A stretch of DNA of 63,591 bases, filler included, from Folioceros fuciformis (GCA_049999805.1; 7 parts of 7 records of this genome joined end to end with filler, not necessarily neighbours in it), one strand, 5' to 3'; counted from the whole stretch's first letter, positions 39,432 through 54,000 are shown. Notes: generated by a model from the sequence alone, not told the origin. A program made the numbers and translations.

Positions 39432-42400
39432 ATTGGGTTGCTACAGGAGCTACATGGTGAAGGAGGAGAGGAGGAGGCAAGGAGGAGAGGAGAAAGAGAG
39501 GTCACACTCTCACAATGAGTCTCAAAAAGGAAGGGAGCTCAAAGGGGATATTTATACCCTCTAGAAGAGCTCCCTAGGAAGCTTCACAAGAAGCACACGG
39601 AAAGCTCCACAAGAAGCTTCCTTCATATTAGCTTAAGCTAATCTAAACTAATTGTACTTAACTAGATACTAATTTTAGACTAAACACATTAGTCTACGCA
39701 CATTGGGTTTATTAACCCTACACTTATCCCACTATCGTTAGTATAGAATGGGTTTCGATCCCACCAAAGAGTGGCTGGTGTTCCCAATCTGTAGTGTATG
39801 AGATGACTTCTCCTAACTCCACAACTTCACAGCTTTTACATCCAACTGCTAACCCTCTACTCATGACCTTGCAACCCCTAGTCAAGACTCGGCTAGCTGC
39901 AGATAGATCAGGATTGTCACCCCTGACCTGACTACACAACCTCCCACTTCACACTTCTCATGTCTCACATCCCTCTTCCATCTTAACTACTCTGACCTTG
40001 CTATCTCCGATTAGAGGTACTACTCAACTTTCGATAGACCTGCCTACTGCAGACAAGTCAAGACTGTCACTCCTACCCTGCCAACGGTTCAGGTCGCCAC
40101 TGCCGACCTATGGACAAATCTTCACACTCTTGGCTACTGTAGCTGGTACTGCCTACAGCCCCCTCACTCCAAGTATTGGAAACCACAAGTTAGAACCTGC
40201 AGGAGGAAGCTACAACAAGGTTGCAACCCTCCCCCGTCAGATCCTGCTAGCACCACATCAGAAACACACATACCAATTAGGGCAATTTGAGGAACCTCAG
40301 CCTCAGGCTCCTTGCCAGGCCTTGAGCCCTCTCGGTGCCTTGCAACTCTAAACACTACAATGACCTTCATATCTACTCCTCTACTTGTTCTCCCCTCCAC
40401 GGGTCAGAACTCTCATACGCTACCCCACAGATTGATGGAACTTGACCTTACCTCCTACCAAACACCAAGTCTCCTTGGCCGGCCACACACTAGCAAGACT
40501 AGCATGCGGGAACAGTAGGGACAGCAACCATGGACACTTGCACCATCAACCAACAAACCCCAACCTCATCCACATCTACAGCTGCAACTCAGCAACATCT
40601 GACCGGAAAGGGAGACGAGGTCTCAACCACATCAATTAGTTGAAACAAGACACATCTGGAGCTCAAGAAGCAAGAGCTGAAGACTAAAGGGCGGCAAGTG
40701 ACAAAATGAGTTCATGGAACTCTCCTAGCCTTATAGGAGCTCCCCTCTCTTCACGCTCTCTCTCTCCTTAGGTCAATACTATAAAAAAATAATTAAATTA
40801 ATGAACCTCTTGGCTCATTGACCTAGGCCTGCCTAGAAAGTGACTTGGTGTCAGAAGCCTTAATGGGCCTACCATTTAGCCCAATCACCACAAGTCAACG
40901 TAAACTAAGTCTAACTAGTGGGGTCTGTCCCCACTCCTGACAGTCCTCCGCCAGCTGTGTCCTTGAGAGGGAACCCTATGATCTTTTGCTGGCTGCAATT
41001 ATCCTCGTCCTCCTGTGCTATCACCACATCAGCTGGTCTCTTCCTTGTTGTTGACTGAGGTGCAGATGTTGGGTTGCTCTCCAAAAACATAGGAGGAGGA
41101 GACTCCTCCTATCCTGTAGGCAACACAAGTGATAGATCCACGTTAGCTTCTGTCCTGGGGTCAAGTGTCCCCAAAATCTCTTGTCTGTTGGATGTGCGTT
41201 CCACATCTATCGAGTTGCCTGTTGCAATCAAATCTTCCTCTTCCTCCTCTATCCTGCAAGGCACAAAAATTCTATCTTCTCCTTCTTGGGGGCCTTCCTT
41301 GGCACTGGAGGGGTGGAAGTGGAGTCCACCTGTCCCTCTGTCTCACCCATGCCCTTCCTTGTCTTCATGTTTCATTGGTTGAGCTCCAAGTCCAGCCACT
41401 GTTGACCACACTTCTGTCCGGCCAAGAGCAAATCACCTCAACGTTGGTGACTCCTACAGCAGGAGCCCACAGCACCCTAAACCCCTCACAGCACTGCTTG
41501 CAGCTCCTTCATGATCTCATAAACCACCCTTCATCACCCCCCCCTTACAATTGCTGGATCACCTGCACCTAAGAAAGAAAAGAAAAAAAGAAGGGGGGGG
41601 GGGGGGGGGGGGAGAGAAAGAACAGGAGGCCAAGAGCCACACCCCCTCCTTTACACTCAGCCACAGCCCATGGAGATTGAGGCACTTGCCTCACTCCCTG
41701 CCCCTTGCCTGTGAGTGAAAGAAAGGAAAAAACACACAAAACGACCAGGATCTATACCCCTTTACCCTTCCTCACAGCCTAATCCATCAGCTCTTGTAGG
41801 CAGCCCTTTAGAGGGAGCGTGGCTGGCTCCACACGCTGCCCTCCACACTAAACTCAGCAAATCAAGGGGGTGCAAAAACCCCCACTGAAACCCGCTCCCC
41901 TTATCAGCAAATTAGAAAGAAAGGTGGAGTCTTGGCAGGCAGCTCTTCACTCCCTTTGCTCACAGCCCTCCTCCACGCTTCTTCAGCCAGCCTTGCATGC
42001 AGCCTAGGCCTCCTCCAGCTCACAGATCCCTAGGATCTTGCCCCTAGATTACTCCTTGATCACGAAAAGGAAAAAAAAAACCAGAAGAGGAGTAGCGGCC
42101 GCGTTTCCTCTCCCCCTTGGCAGCTTCACTGCCTCTCCATTGTCCAAGCTTGTTGCCTCTCCACTGTCCAAGCTCCCTGCCTCTTGCATCTCATAGATCC
42201 CTGCTGCCCGTTTGTTTGCTCACAAACGGCTACTTGCTCTAAGCTCCCAAGCACCTAAGGACTTAGAGTGGCCACATGTTGCATGGAACTTGGAGTGCTT
42301 GCAGCCTGGTGACTTGGAGCTCTCGCATGCCACTTGGGAACCTAGAGTGCCGGCATGCAATATGGGACCTAGGATTCTTGCATGCAGCCCGGTTTAGCAG

Positions 42401-42804
42401 GTTCTTGCTCGGACCTCTTACCAAACCAGTTCCGTCCCCCTGACAGATCCATAAGACTCCTATCCCTCGGACAGATTCTTCTCCTTACCATGCGTGAACA
42501 CCCTACTCACATATATAGCTGCTGAAAAAAAATAGAAAATAAAACCAAAACCAACTAGGAAGGAACCAACCTTCCCTATACTAGCGACATTTGTACAAAT
42601 TGTACCAAAATTGGAACATTGGCCTGAAATTCTATGTTCCACATAGGTTGAGTAGGGGCTGGTAGGTAGGATCATGCTATAATAGCTCAGTTTGGTTGCC
42701 TTGGCACGAGATCACTCCTTTGGGAACGAATCTCATGACTGCAACGACAAGAGGGTTAATGTGGACCTCTTTGTGACACATTGGGGGTAGAAGGTCACTC
42801 CACA
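39432..42804. mobile_element. Nest of Gypsy-type LTR fragments
   Basis: Minus-strand starts TGTCAGG at 40942 and 42445. The plus-strand LTR end ...GACTGCAACGA...CACTCCACA at 42804 resembles the ends at 1797 and 8689. Confidence 0.6.
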
Positions 42805-44207
42805 CGATGTCCAACTTAAGTTGGACGCCCATTCGCGAAACAGTGCCCCCGTATCAGGCACCTGTTCACAATGGGGTGGACACTAACGGGTTGCCACCCG
42901 TTCATTGTAACGGCATGCCCGTTCAACAGAAAGGTGTGACCCCTTATTTGCCTAAAGGGGGTTCTAATTTATTTTCAGCTTGCTCTCCTTATCAATGTTT
43001 TTCTGATATTCTCCAGCAGAAAAAGGCATTGATGCTAGTGGACCTCCTCCATAACCTCAACGGATTTTGGCAATGAGACGTGTTCCTCCCACTTACAACA
43101 CCAACCTGGGGACGTCATTAGCATTTCCTTTTGTGGCAATTAAGGAGGAAGCTAAATCACCTCCACCAATTGAGCGATTGGAAGCTGCCTACAAGGAGTA
43201 CAAGTTTCAAGAAGCTCAAGGTCAAGCATCCACTTCAGCACAAACTTCCCAACACTACCAAACACTTTGGCATTAATTTAGCGACATCAACACCAGCCTA
43301 GTCAATGTTGTTGAAACTATTTGCAAAATTGAGTTAACTTTTGGTAGCCAAGGGGTTTAAAGAGAACTATCTAGCTGAGAAGGATTACCCAGCTGACTAG
43401 AAGGAGTAAGCTGAGCTATATTCACTTTCCTTGTAAGGTTCTGACAATATCTTCTGCTCTTAATATATTTGTGTTATTCTAAGTTGTGTGTCATAACACA
43501 TTGCTCGCTTAACCTTGTTATTAAAGACAAAGATATAATAATTACATACATTTATTAACAAAAATGTCAAGAACCAACACTCCTTTACCAACCACCTCTT
43601 CTTCTATGGCACGTGTAATAAATGTTATGAATGTCTCTATGGACATTAAAGAAAAGGATCGGTTCAATGGCACCAAGTGTGAGAATTGGTTCAGAAGGAT
43701 GAAGATGGATTTAAATACTTGTGATCTTCTTCCTCTTGTTGAGGGGAATCTCCTTCAACCCACTGGTCTTCAACTAGCTATCAATGCCTGGCTGAAGCTA
43801 GATCATCAAGATATGTACATGTTGGTGTTTGGTCTTAACAAAAATATTCTTCATCATACCAACGGCGCCACAATCGCTGTTGAAGCTTGGAAGCAGATTA
43901 ATGACATTTATCAATCAACAAATGTCATGACCTTGGTCACTGTCCATAAAGACTTCTATACTCTTCGGATGCAACCAAGAGATAGTATTGCTCATCATGT
44001 GAGCTGGTTTTGGTACCTCCGGGCACAACTGGCTGCACTTGGAACTACTATGTTTGAGTTTGATCTTGCTGTCCAACTTTTAGAGTGCTTCCCGGCTAGT
44101 TATCAATTGTTGGTCTCTTCTCAAAACCAGATCGTCTGGACGTCTCAACAAACCGTGGCCACAAGTGGGTGGTCAATCCACCTTAATAGTGTTCGAGCAT
44201 GTGTGTG
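42805..44207 (+). mobile_element. Copia leader and gag fragment
   Basis: ORF from 43564 reads IKEKDRFNG...FYTLRM...LLECFPASY; interrupted at 44208. Confidence 0.8.
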
Positions 44208-44421
44208 TGTGAACCTCCAAAGTTTGGGGTAGTAGTTTGTTTTGGTTGAAAAAGGGTTAACAGTGGTATGGTTTGGTTTTCTTTTTCAACTTATTTTTCC
44301 TAATTTTTCTTTATTTTCTGGTCATTTTTCCTATTTTTCTTTGTGCCAATTGGGTTAATTGATCAGGAAATAGTGGGTTTGGTTATAAGAGTGGGTATAG
44401 GTTTGGTCCCAGAGCTGGGAA
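44208..44421 (+). mobile_element. LTR start of the TGTGAACCTCC family
   Basis: Matches the reverse complement of ~275-488; runs into a gap. Confidence 0.8.
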
Positions 44422-44741
44422 NNNNNNNNNNNNNNNNNNNNNNNNNNNNNNNNNNNNNNNNNNNNTTAATTAATTAANNNNNNNNNNNNNNNNNNNNNNN
44501 NNNNNNNNNNNNNNNNNNNNNAAGCTATTTTGAATTCTATCTTAAACATAAGAAGTACTGTTTTGGAGTACACAACTAAGGCTGATAATCTGCAGGCAAG
44601 ACAGGAGAGACTTGAGAATCTGAGGAACTCAGATCTAAGAACAATGGTACAGCAAGAAAAGGAAATAGATAGCCTCAGGGAGCAGCTTGCTCGCCTAACG
44701 GCTACACCACTTTAAATTAGGAACTCTCACTTACAGGCATC

Positions 44742-47700
44742 ATGGGGTCAAAGGATGATTCTGGTTCTGACAGATTGCAAGAGAAAGATAGGCTGACCTT
44801 ACATAATTTTGATGCCTGGAGTTTCAGGATACGGTGTATCTTAAATGAGAAGCTCTTGATGGATGTCGTTGATGGGACTGCCCCTAGAAAAGTTGATGGA
44901 CAGCCCTCTGGTCCCCCTACACCTGGTGGCACGATACCTAGATACACACAGAAGGATGAGTTAGAGTGGAAACACAAAGACAGGAAGGCAAGAAATATTC
45001 TTGTGGCTTCTGTGTCTCAAGAGATGATACCACATATAAAAATGACGCAGACTTCAAACGAGGTCTGGTCCTTGCTATCAGACACCTATGATACAAAGGA
45101 TATGGTAGCAGAGGCTGCAGCTACACTGCAGTATCAGATACTTCGCATGAAAGAGAGTGACTCAGTGGAGAGCCATGTCTCAAAGTTTAGGGCTGCGAGA
45201 GCCAGACTAGCATCTTGCGGAGTAATCATCTCGGAATCAAGAGCAGCAGTTCAGCTGTTATTATCACTTCCACCAAGCTATGAATTCTTTAGCTCAAGCC
45301 TTCAAACATCGGCGACGGTCACACCTGCCACGGCCACAACTCCAGCTACATCAAATCTTACAGTACAAAAGGTGGTTGGAGCACTGTTGCAGTTCGAAGC
45401 AAACAGGAAACAAATGAAGAGTAACCCCTCTTCTTCTCATACCTCTCATAAACAGAGTGATACAGCTCTGTTCTCTGGAAGGGGTAGAGGGCGTGGACGT
45501 GGCAGGGGGCGAGGAAGAGGAGGTTTAGGCAGGGGTCGTGGTCACCCCATGACTCCCTCCTCATCTCCTAGTCAGCCATCCTCTAATTTCACCTCAAAGC
45601 CTGGAAACTGCAACTATTGTGGTAAGCCAGGACATTGGGTGAAGGATTGCAGAAAGAAAGCTAGAGATGACAGTGTAAAGGGGAGATCATCAGAAGCTCA
45701 TACCGCTAGAGCTTCAACACCAGGATTGTTGGTGGCATGCCTCACGTCTTCAAAAGAAGGCTGTCAGAAGTGGTTCCTAGATAGTGGAGCCTCAAACCAT
45801 ATGTGTTCAAAGAGGAAGTCTTTCATCACATACGAGAAATCCCCTACATGTCACCAAACAGCAGTTGTGTTAGGAGATAACTCAACAATACCAATCAAGG
45901 GAGCTGGAACAATTCAGATTACTTTACAGGATGGCAGCTATTTACTCCTCGTGAATGCTCTTCACGTTCCAACTCTTGCAAAGAATTTGGTTAGTACAAT
46001 GGCCCTAGGAAAGATGAACCAGTATAGAATCACCTTTGAGGGTCTTGAGTGCCATATATCTCGTCTATCAGATCCTACAGTGGTTATTGCCAGGGGAACT
46101 CCTCTGTTTGATCTATATTTGTTAGACTTTCTCTCCGATGTTCCTCCTTCTACAGCTAATGTTGCTGTTCAGAATATCAAGGACGGACATTCCAGTAGTG
46201 CCTTTAAGTGGCACTGCCGTTTGGGTCACCCCAACATACAAGCTATGAGAAGAATGCTTCGGGAAAAACTGGTAACTGGATTCAGTGAACATGAACTCTC
46301 TGATCTTGAGTTGTGTGTTGCCTGCGTATATGGAAAGCAATTCAAGTCACATTTTGGTAGTGGTAAACCACGAAAGGCAACACATATTCTCGACCTTGTA
46401 CATACCGACATATGTGGCCCAATGTCGGTACCCTCCTGGGGAGGCGCTAAATATTTTGTTGTGTTCGAGGACGATAAGTCACACTTCACAGTGACAGAGC
46501 TTTTACGCCACAAGAGTGAAGTATTCTCCAGCTTCAAGCGGTACCTTGCATACGCAGAAAGGCAGATTGGACATCAGCTGAAGTGTATCAGAAGTGACAA
46601 TGGCAAGGAGTACTTATCCCTAGCCTTCCAGGAATATTGTCAGGAGAGGGGGATAACTAGACAACTCACCATTCCGTATCACTCTGATATGAATGGACGT
46701 GCGGAGCGTCGTCACAGGACCATCCAGGATGCTGCTCGCTCTCTTCTGTATCAAGGAAGACTGTCAGTTAAATTCTGGGCGGAAGCAGTGCAAGTTGCGA
46801 CATACCTACAAAATCGTTCTGTTGTTTCATCTCTTCGCAGCTGTACACCCTTTGAAGTGTGGACTGGGTGTAAACCAGATCTGGCACATCTCCGAGTGTT
46901 TGGGAGTACCGCCTATGCTCATGTGCCTGATCAGCTTCGCCACAAGTTTGACTATAAGTCGAAACGTCACATCTTCATTGGCTATACAACGGGTATACAT
47001 GGTTATAAGTTGTTCGACCCTGTTACTCGAAAGGTTTCACATGCCAGGACAGTTGTTTTCGATGAGCGTTCTGTTCTTAAACCGCCAGCTCATTCCTTTG
47101 ATGATTTCACAGATCCTGATGTTGTAGAAGTTGATAACCAACCTGTTGAGCCAGAGGATGATGTTAGTGCTTTTGAATCTGCCACGTTTCCTGACTCAGA
47201 TCCTTCCTTTACAACTCTTGACCCTTTACCTGTGGTGCCTCCCCCACAAGCCCTTGGTGATCCCCCTGACTAGTCTGATGATACACATCTAGATGATCCA
47301 CCTGCTGATCTCGATGATGTCTTGCTTCCTGTACTTGTACAGTCAGACGATGATGAACCTCCAGCCCCAGTTATTCCACAGCCTGTTATTCAACATCCTG
47401 AGCGGTTCGAAGATGATCCAGTCGAATATGTGATGCCCATTCCCCAGCCTGCCCCTCTTCGGCGGTCTACTCGAGTGCACAGAACACGTGAGAATTGGAA
47501 GGAGGCACCTTACAGCAGTGAAGACTTTTGGAAAGTCCCTCGACCTCCTGGTTCAGCTACTGATGGAGTGGTGGTTGATTTCGTTAACCTTGCTTTCGAA
47601 CCTGGTTGTGAACCACAAAGTTATCAAGAGGCTGTTAGTGGGCCAGAGGCCAAGCTTTGGAAAGCAGCAATCCAGTCTGAATATGACTCATTGATCCACA

Positions 47701-49512
47701 ATCAAACCTGGAAGATAGTTCCTCCGCCTCAGGGGAGGAAAATTGTCACCTCGAAGTGGGTGTTCAAGTTGAAATATAAGGCGGATGGCTCTATCTCCAG
47801 ATACAAGGCCAGGTTAGTAGCTCGTGGGTTCTCTCAAGTCCCTGGCTTAGACTACCATGATACTTTTAGCCCTGTAGTTAAGTCTCAGTCTCTTCGTGTC
47901 CTCTTCTCCATGTCTGCGTTTTTTGGCCTTTTCATCCACCAGATGGATGTTAAGACCGCCTTTCTGTCAATAGGATCGACTCCAGTCTACGTGCAAGTGT
48001 AGGAGAGGAGAGGAGAGAAGAGAGGGTGGTATTGGTGATCACAACCATGAAAACAATACACATCACCACTGTCTTACTATGGAGGTCCGAGGTCTCCATT
48101 TAAGTAGTACATTTAGGGCTACACAACTTCCAGGTTCAATATGGGATAATCTACACTATCCTAAGTTCACTAATAACTAGAACTAGTCTAGTATGAACCC
48201 AACTGGGATAACTAACACCACATGAGTTTAGCTCATATAGAGCTCGATAACTCAACACTTTCTCCATGGGAAATTAGAGGAAGATATCTTTATGCAACAG
48301 CCTGAGGGGTACGAGGTAGAAGGGAAAGAGGACTGGGTCTGTCAGTTACTCAAAACTATCTACAGCTTGAAGCAGAGTCCCCGTGATTGGTATGAAGTCA
48401 TAGATGAGTTCCTGCTAGGACTTGGTTTTCTTAAAAGCTCAGCAGATTCGAATGTTTATCTCCTGCAAGACAAAACAGGTTTTGTTATACTAGCTTTGTA
48501 CGTAGATGATTGCATACTCCTAGGCACTGATCTTGAGGGGATTACCAGAGTTAAAGGTCTGCTGTCTGGTCGCTTTGAAATGGTAGATGTCGGGGAGTTG
48601 TCCTACTGCCTCGGCACTCAGCTGTCTCGTGACTCTGCAAGTGGCACATTGGTAATACATCAGCAGAAGTATATTCTGGATATGCTATTCAAGTATAAGC
48701 TCGAGGAAGCTAAGGTAGCAATTACACCTCTTGAAACTGGTTGCAAGTTGTCCAGCTCACAGTCTCCAGCGACTGATGCTGATAAGCAGGAGATGGAGGC
48801 AGTTCCCTATGCCCAAGCAGTAGGTTCACTCATATACTGCTCAAACAATAGTAGGCCTGATGTAGCTCTCCCAGTAAGCATGGTCTCTCAGCACCTCAAG
48901 AATCCAGGAAAGGTACACTGGTCAGCTGTTAAGCGGATTCTTCGATATTTGAAGGGCACGAGTGATCATGGTATACATTATTCCAAACAAGCCTTTGAAG
49001 GAGAGGAGCTTATGCTGATAGGATACTGCGATGCTGACTGGGCAGCAGATCCTGATACGAGGAAGTCCGTTTCAGCATATGCTTTTCTTCTAGCTGGTGG
49101 AGCAGTTACATGGTCCTCAAAGAAACAAACGACTATGTCACTCTCGTCAACAGAGGCAGAATACTCTGCCTTGACACAGGCGTCTAAAGAGGCAATTTGG
49201 CTGAGAAGATTGTTATCAGATCTTGGACAACCACAGCGAGAACCAACAACTATATATTGCGACAATCAATCAGCGTTAGCTTTGGCACAAAATCCAGTAT
49301 TTCATGCCAGAACTAAGCATGTTGAAGTCCATCATCACTTCATTCGACATGCTGTTGAGACAAAACAAGTCAAGCTTGAGTATGTGCCGACTGATGCTAA
49401 TGCTGCGGATTTGCTTACGAAAGCCTTACCTAGGATGAAGCACTATCAGTTTAAGGAGTCCTTGGTTGTCCTAGGACCCCTCCACATAACTAACGTGTCC
49501 CACAGCAAGTAA
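44742..49512 (+). pseudogene. Copia gag-pol polyprotein with one in-frame TAG (47271) and a solo-LTR insertion
   Basis: CNYCGKPGHWVKDC, WFLDSGAS, WHCRLGH, RSDNGKEY, QMDVKTAF, LYVDD, GYCDADWA. Confidence 0.92.
47965..48257. mobile_element. Solo LTR (293 bp) with 5-bp TSD CTTTC
   Basis: TGTCAA...TCAACA flanked by CTTTC on both sides; removing it restores KTAFLHGKLEEDIFMQQPEG. Confidence 0.92.
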
Positions 49513-50676
49513 GAGAGTCTGTCTGAGGAGTCAGCTGTTAGGCATGCTGGAATTCATCTGACACTAACTTCCTACCTATGAGATGGTCACCAGGGATGTT
49601 TAGACCTCTTCAGAGTCATCAGAGGAAGAGGGGGATAGGGCTCTTGACTTCCCCTCCCTGTTCATTCCCTGGAACCCTACAAAGTTAGGATCAAAGTCAG
49701 GGTCATTGTCGTCAGATGTGTCTTCATTCTCATCCATCCAGTCAATGCCTGCCTCTTCAGCCATCCTTTCCTTGGGCACTGAACAGTTTTTAGAGTGAGT
49801 ACCTACAGCAGGTCAAACCACAATAATTGTGTGCAGTAGATCAAACTTGTGCTGTGGACTCACTGTAGTATGATATGAAGTTGCCGTCTTGTCCGCCCCA
49901 GCGCCACCAACTCTGTCAATACATGGTCATCTTTGTAGTAGGGCAGATGTAGACCTCAGGCGTCAAAGGGTTGTTAGCTCCATCCCCATCTGTCACTACC
50001 TGTCGCATCTTGTGTAGGTGTCCAACCGGCACGGTGAAGACTCTGGGCTAATATTTTTCCGGAATCACAACAGCGTTCAGTCCCTCGGACAGAGAGAAGC
50101 GTCATCAGGGCACTTGCAAAGCTTGCGACGGAGAACAGCCATACCAGGGGACTCCTTCGCCTTTGGAGGAAGAGGCGTCGCGTTTAAGGCATCTAGCACC
50201 TTCTGCAGCTCGTCCAGGACTGGCTGCACCTCAGGCGCCGCCTCTGAGAGATCAATAGGCTCAGCCCTGGAACCCGACATGGTGTGGTGTTGAGCTGCTC
50301 AGAACAGGTGACAGTCTCTGCTGTAGAGGCCGAGCTTCTGAGTGGTACGAGACAGACTGGTGAAACGCGTTTATCGCGGGCACGTTCACACCCTAAACAG
50401 CTTTTAGCAGATGATTTGCTTAATTAGTTTGCTATTTAGACTGTATATACAATGAGAGGGGGTGTTAGAAATAATAGGTAATTATTAGTACATTGTTATA
50501 TACGTAGAACTTACATTAGGGCACCCAACGGGTAACCCTAGAGGTAGTTATTAGTTGTAACCGTTTTTATGGGTCTCGGACACTTTTGTGCTGAGTTCGC
50601 CTGACATATAAGATATTCGTTGCTAGTGTGTCTTGAGCGTGTGTGATCTGCATGGGAACGATTCACAAACGCAACA

Positions 50677-50947
50677 AAGTCAGAGAGAGAGAGATAGGCT
50701 CCTATAAGATCAGGTGAGCCTGTAGGAGGAGGGAGTCATTCACTTTGGGAGTCAGTCTATCTCTTCGTGAGCTCTTGGAGGTCCTCTCTTCATGAGCTCT
50801 TATGGTCTGTCCCTGCTTGGTTTAGGACTTGCAGAGTGTTGCCAGCTGTGCAACGTCTGGTAGGATCGCAAGCCGTGTGTTGCCGGCTGTACAGTGTCTG
50901 GTAGGATCGCGGGCAGCGTGTTGCCGGTTGTATAGTGTCTGGTAGGA
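50677..50947 (+). mobile_element. Gypsy-type LTR fragment (insertion target of the Copia to its left)
   Basis: Homologous to ~17480-17710, with an internal ~35-40-bp tandem duplication. Confidence 0.8.
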
Positions 50948-51047
50948 NNNNNNNNNNNNNNNNNNNNNNNNNNNNNNNNNNNNNNNNNNNNTTAATTAAT
51001 TAANNNNNNNNNNNNNNNNNNNNNNNNNNNNNNNNNNNNNNNNNNNN

Positions 51048-54000
51048 CCTCTTTAATGGGCACAAAGACAGCTGCCAATCTCTGGCAGCAGCTCTTGGAA
51101 GTGTATGATGCAGTAGACTTAATGCTGAAAACACATACACTCAAAATGTTTATAGGGTTACGAATGTCCGAAACTGATAATGTGGCTGAGCATGTCCTTA
51201 CCTACAGGAGTTGGCAAACAAAATTTCTTGCACTTGGTTTTGAACTGGATGATGATATAATGGCGGTTATTTTACTCTCTCAATTGCCTGAAAGCTGGAC
51301 CAATGTCGTCCAATCCCTGCAAGGTATTCCCACAATCACAGTCAATCGGGTTATATCTGCTATGTTGACAGAGGAGACACGAAGGAAGATGTCATCCCTA
51401 TCTACTGCAGGAGACAAAGCATTGTTTATAAACAAATCAGGCCGAGGGAGAGGAAGGGGACGCCCCTTTGTACGTGGTCGAGGTAGAGGCTGCGGTGCCT
51501 CGTTCAAACCACCGAATTTTTCTGCTGGAAGAGGAAAGCCACCATGTGGCTACTGTGGCCTCAACAACCACACGTGGGAGGTCTGCAGAAAACGGTTGGC
51601 CAATGCATCTGGAGGTGGCCACTCATCAGGCCACTTGGCTGTAACGATGAATAAGTATTCAAAAGCTTTTACAGCAAGTGTAAAGGAGCATGCACTTACC
51701 GAGAAGGATGTGTGTTCCACAGCTCTTGTGGTCACTTGCCTCGCTACTCAAGCTGAGCATGTATGGTACATAGACTCGGGAGCTTCTCAGCACATGACTC
51801 CCCATGAAGCTTACTTCTCCAGCATGGAGCCTACTCAAGGTGAGAGATTTGTGTGCTTGGGAGACAGCACTACTCACCAAATTCAAGGCCAAGGTACTAT
51901 CAAATTACACCTTGAGCCAGATCAGCATCTTGAAATTCCTGATGTCCTCTATGTACCGGGCTTGACCAAGAACCTTCTATCAGTTCGAAAAATTGATCAG
52001 TCCGGGTGCTTCATCTGTTTTGGTGGAAGTAAGTGTGTTGTAGAAACTGCTCAAGGCACTCTTATGGCAACTGGCGGCCTCAGATCTGATGATCTTTATC
52101 ATTTGGACGTAAAGCAATCTCATGCTTATGCAGCTGCCAGCACCAAGTCTATGGTTCAGCCCTCTTTGACCTATTTGTGGCATCTGCGATTAGGCCACAT
52201 CAATTTTCAGAAGTTAGTCACAATGCATCGAGATAACTTGGTCAAAGGACTGAAGTTAGACAACTTATCTGATTTTGGAGTATGCCATGCTTGTGTCCTT
52301 GGAAAACATCAGCGCTCTCCTTTCCCAACTGAGCCAGCTGAGAGGGCCACCAAGCTACTGGCTTTGGTGCATAGTGATGTCTGTGGACCCTTCCCAGCAT
52401 CACTCGGGGGCATGCATTATTTTCTATCTTTCATTGATGACTTCTCACGTTTTTGTGTGGTGTACCTTATCAAGCTGAAGTCCCAAACTCTGGCCTGTTT
52501 CAAGGAGTTTAAGCTGTGGTCAGAAAATCAAACTGATCACAGGCTGAAGATACTTCGCTCCGATAATGGAGGCGAGTATGCATCGGGAGCTTTTCAAGCA
52601 TTCTGCACGGACTATGGCGTTGGCAGACAGTTTACTAATGCACGCACTCCTCAGCAGAACGGTGTTCCAGAGAACAAGAACAAGGCTCTAGAAACATCGG
52701 TAACAAGTATGCTTACCTATGCTGATCTTCCGAAATGCTATTGGGCTGAAGCTGTGGCATATGCCACTTATATCCAAAACCGCATATCTCATGCTGCAGT
52801 TGAGGGTAAAACTCCCTATGAGTTATGGACAGGCAAGAAACCAAATATTTCTCATCTTCGTGTATTTGGTTCTCCTGTTTATGTGCACATTCACAAAGAC
52901 CTTCGTAAGAAATTTGATAAGAAGTCCTCATCATGCATCTTTCTTGGTTTCACTGAAGGAATTAAGGGCTACAAGGTCATTGATAGAAGGACCAAGAAGG
53001 TAACTCACTCTCGTGATATGATCTTCGTTGAGGGCATTGAGTCTACTAATTTAGTGGGAGCTTCATCTTCGGACCTCGCCACAGACTCAGATGAGGAGGC
53101 TGATGAGCAGCCTGTTGTTGGCTTTACACTACCTTCAGCAGCTCAACCTGTCACACACCCAACAGCACCACTTCATCCTCCCATCTTTCAGCAAACTCCT
53201 TCCACACCAGCCCCTACAGTCCCTATCAGACCTGCTGCAAGTGGTGCTAGTGAACCTATTGTGTTCGGAGATTTTGACATGGAAGGTGTCGTCTCACCTG
53301 GCCCTCTATTTGATTCCCCTTCTTCCAGCCAGCAGCATATTTCATCTCCTGGCATTGTCAAGCGAAAGAAGGCAGCTTCCGTACCACCGAGGGAAAGGCC
53401 AGTCAGGACCACGGCGGGGAAAATCGACCTCTATACACCAGTTGACTTCAGGTATCCGTATCCACATTCTAAGGATCATCCTAAGTCTAACTTAGCCTAC
53501 TGCCTATCTACTACAGTAGAGCACTATGAACCTTTGACGTATGAGGATGCGATCACCTGCTCTGATGCACTTCATTGGAAGGCTGCAATAGCATCAGAGT
53601 TAGCTTCATTGAAGGAGAACGATACATGGTCCCTGACTCAGCTTCCAGTTGGTAGGAAGGCTGTCGGCTCCAAATGGGTATTTAAGATTAAGCTGAAATC
53701 CGACGGCTCAGTGGACAGATATAAAGGAAGAGTTGTTGCCAAAGGGTACTCACAAGTCCCTGGAGTTGATTATTCAGATACTTTCAGTCCAGTTGTTAAG
53801 ATGAGTACTTTGCGCATCTTCCTAGCTTTGGCAGCTATCCATGATTATGAGCTTGAACAGCTCGATGTCAAAACTGCTTTCTTATATGGTAATCTGAATG
53901 AAGAAATATATATGCTGCCACCAGCTGGCCTAATCACAGCAAAGGACAAAGGTCAGAATGTGTGTAAGCTTCGCAAAACAATATATGGCCTCAAACAAAG

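Larger units (their letters stand above)
44522..50676 (+). mobile_element. Near-intact Copia element (5' LTR lost in gap)
   Basis: Gag-pol 44742-49512; PPT 50454-50462; 3' LTR TGTTAG...GCAACA at 50463-50676, followed by Gypsy LTR sequence. Confidence 0.93.

Noticed and set aside
45478-45545. RGRGRG repeats in several ORFs
   Set aside because: Common low-complexity nucleocapsid-proximal region of Gag.
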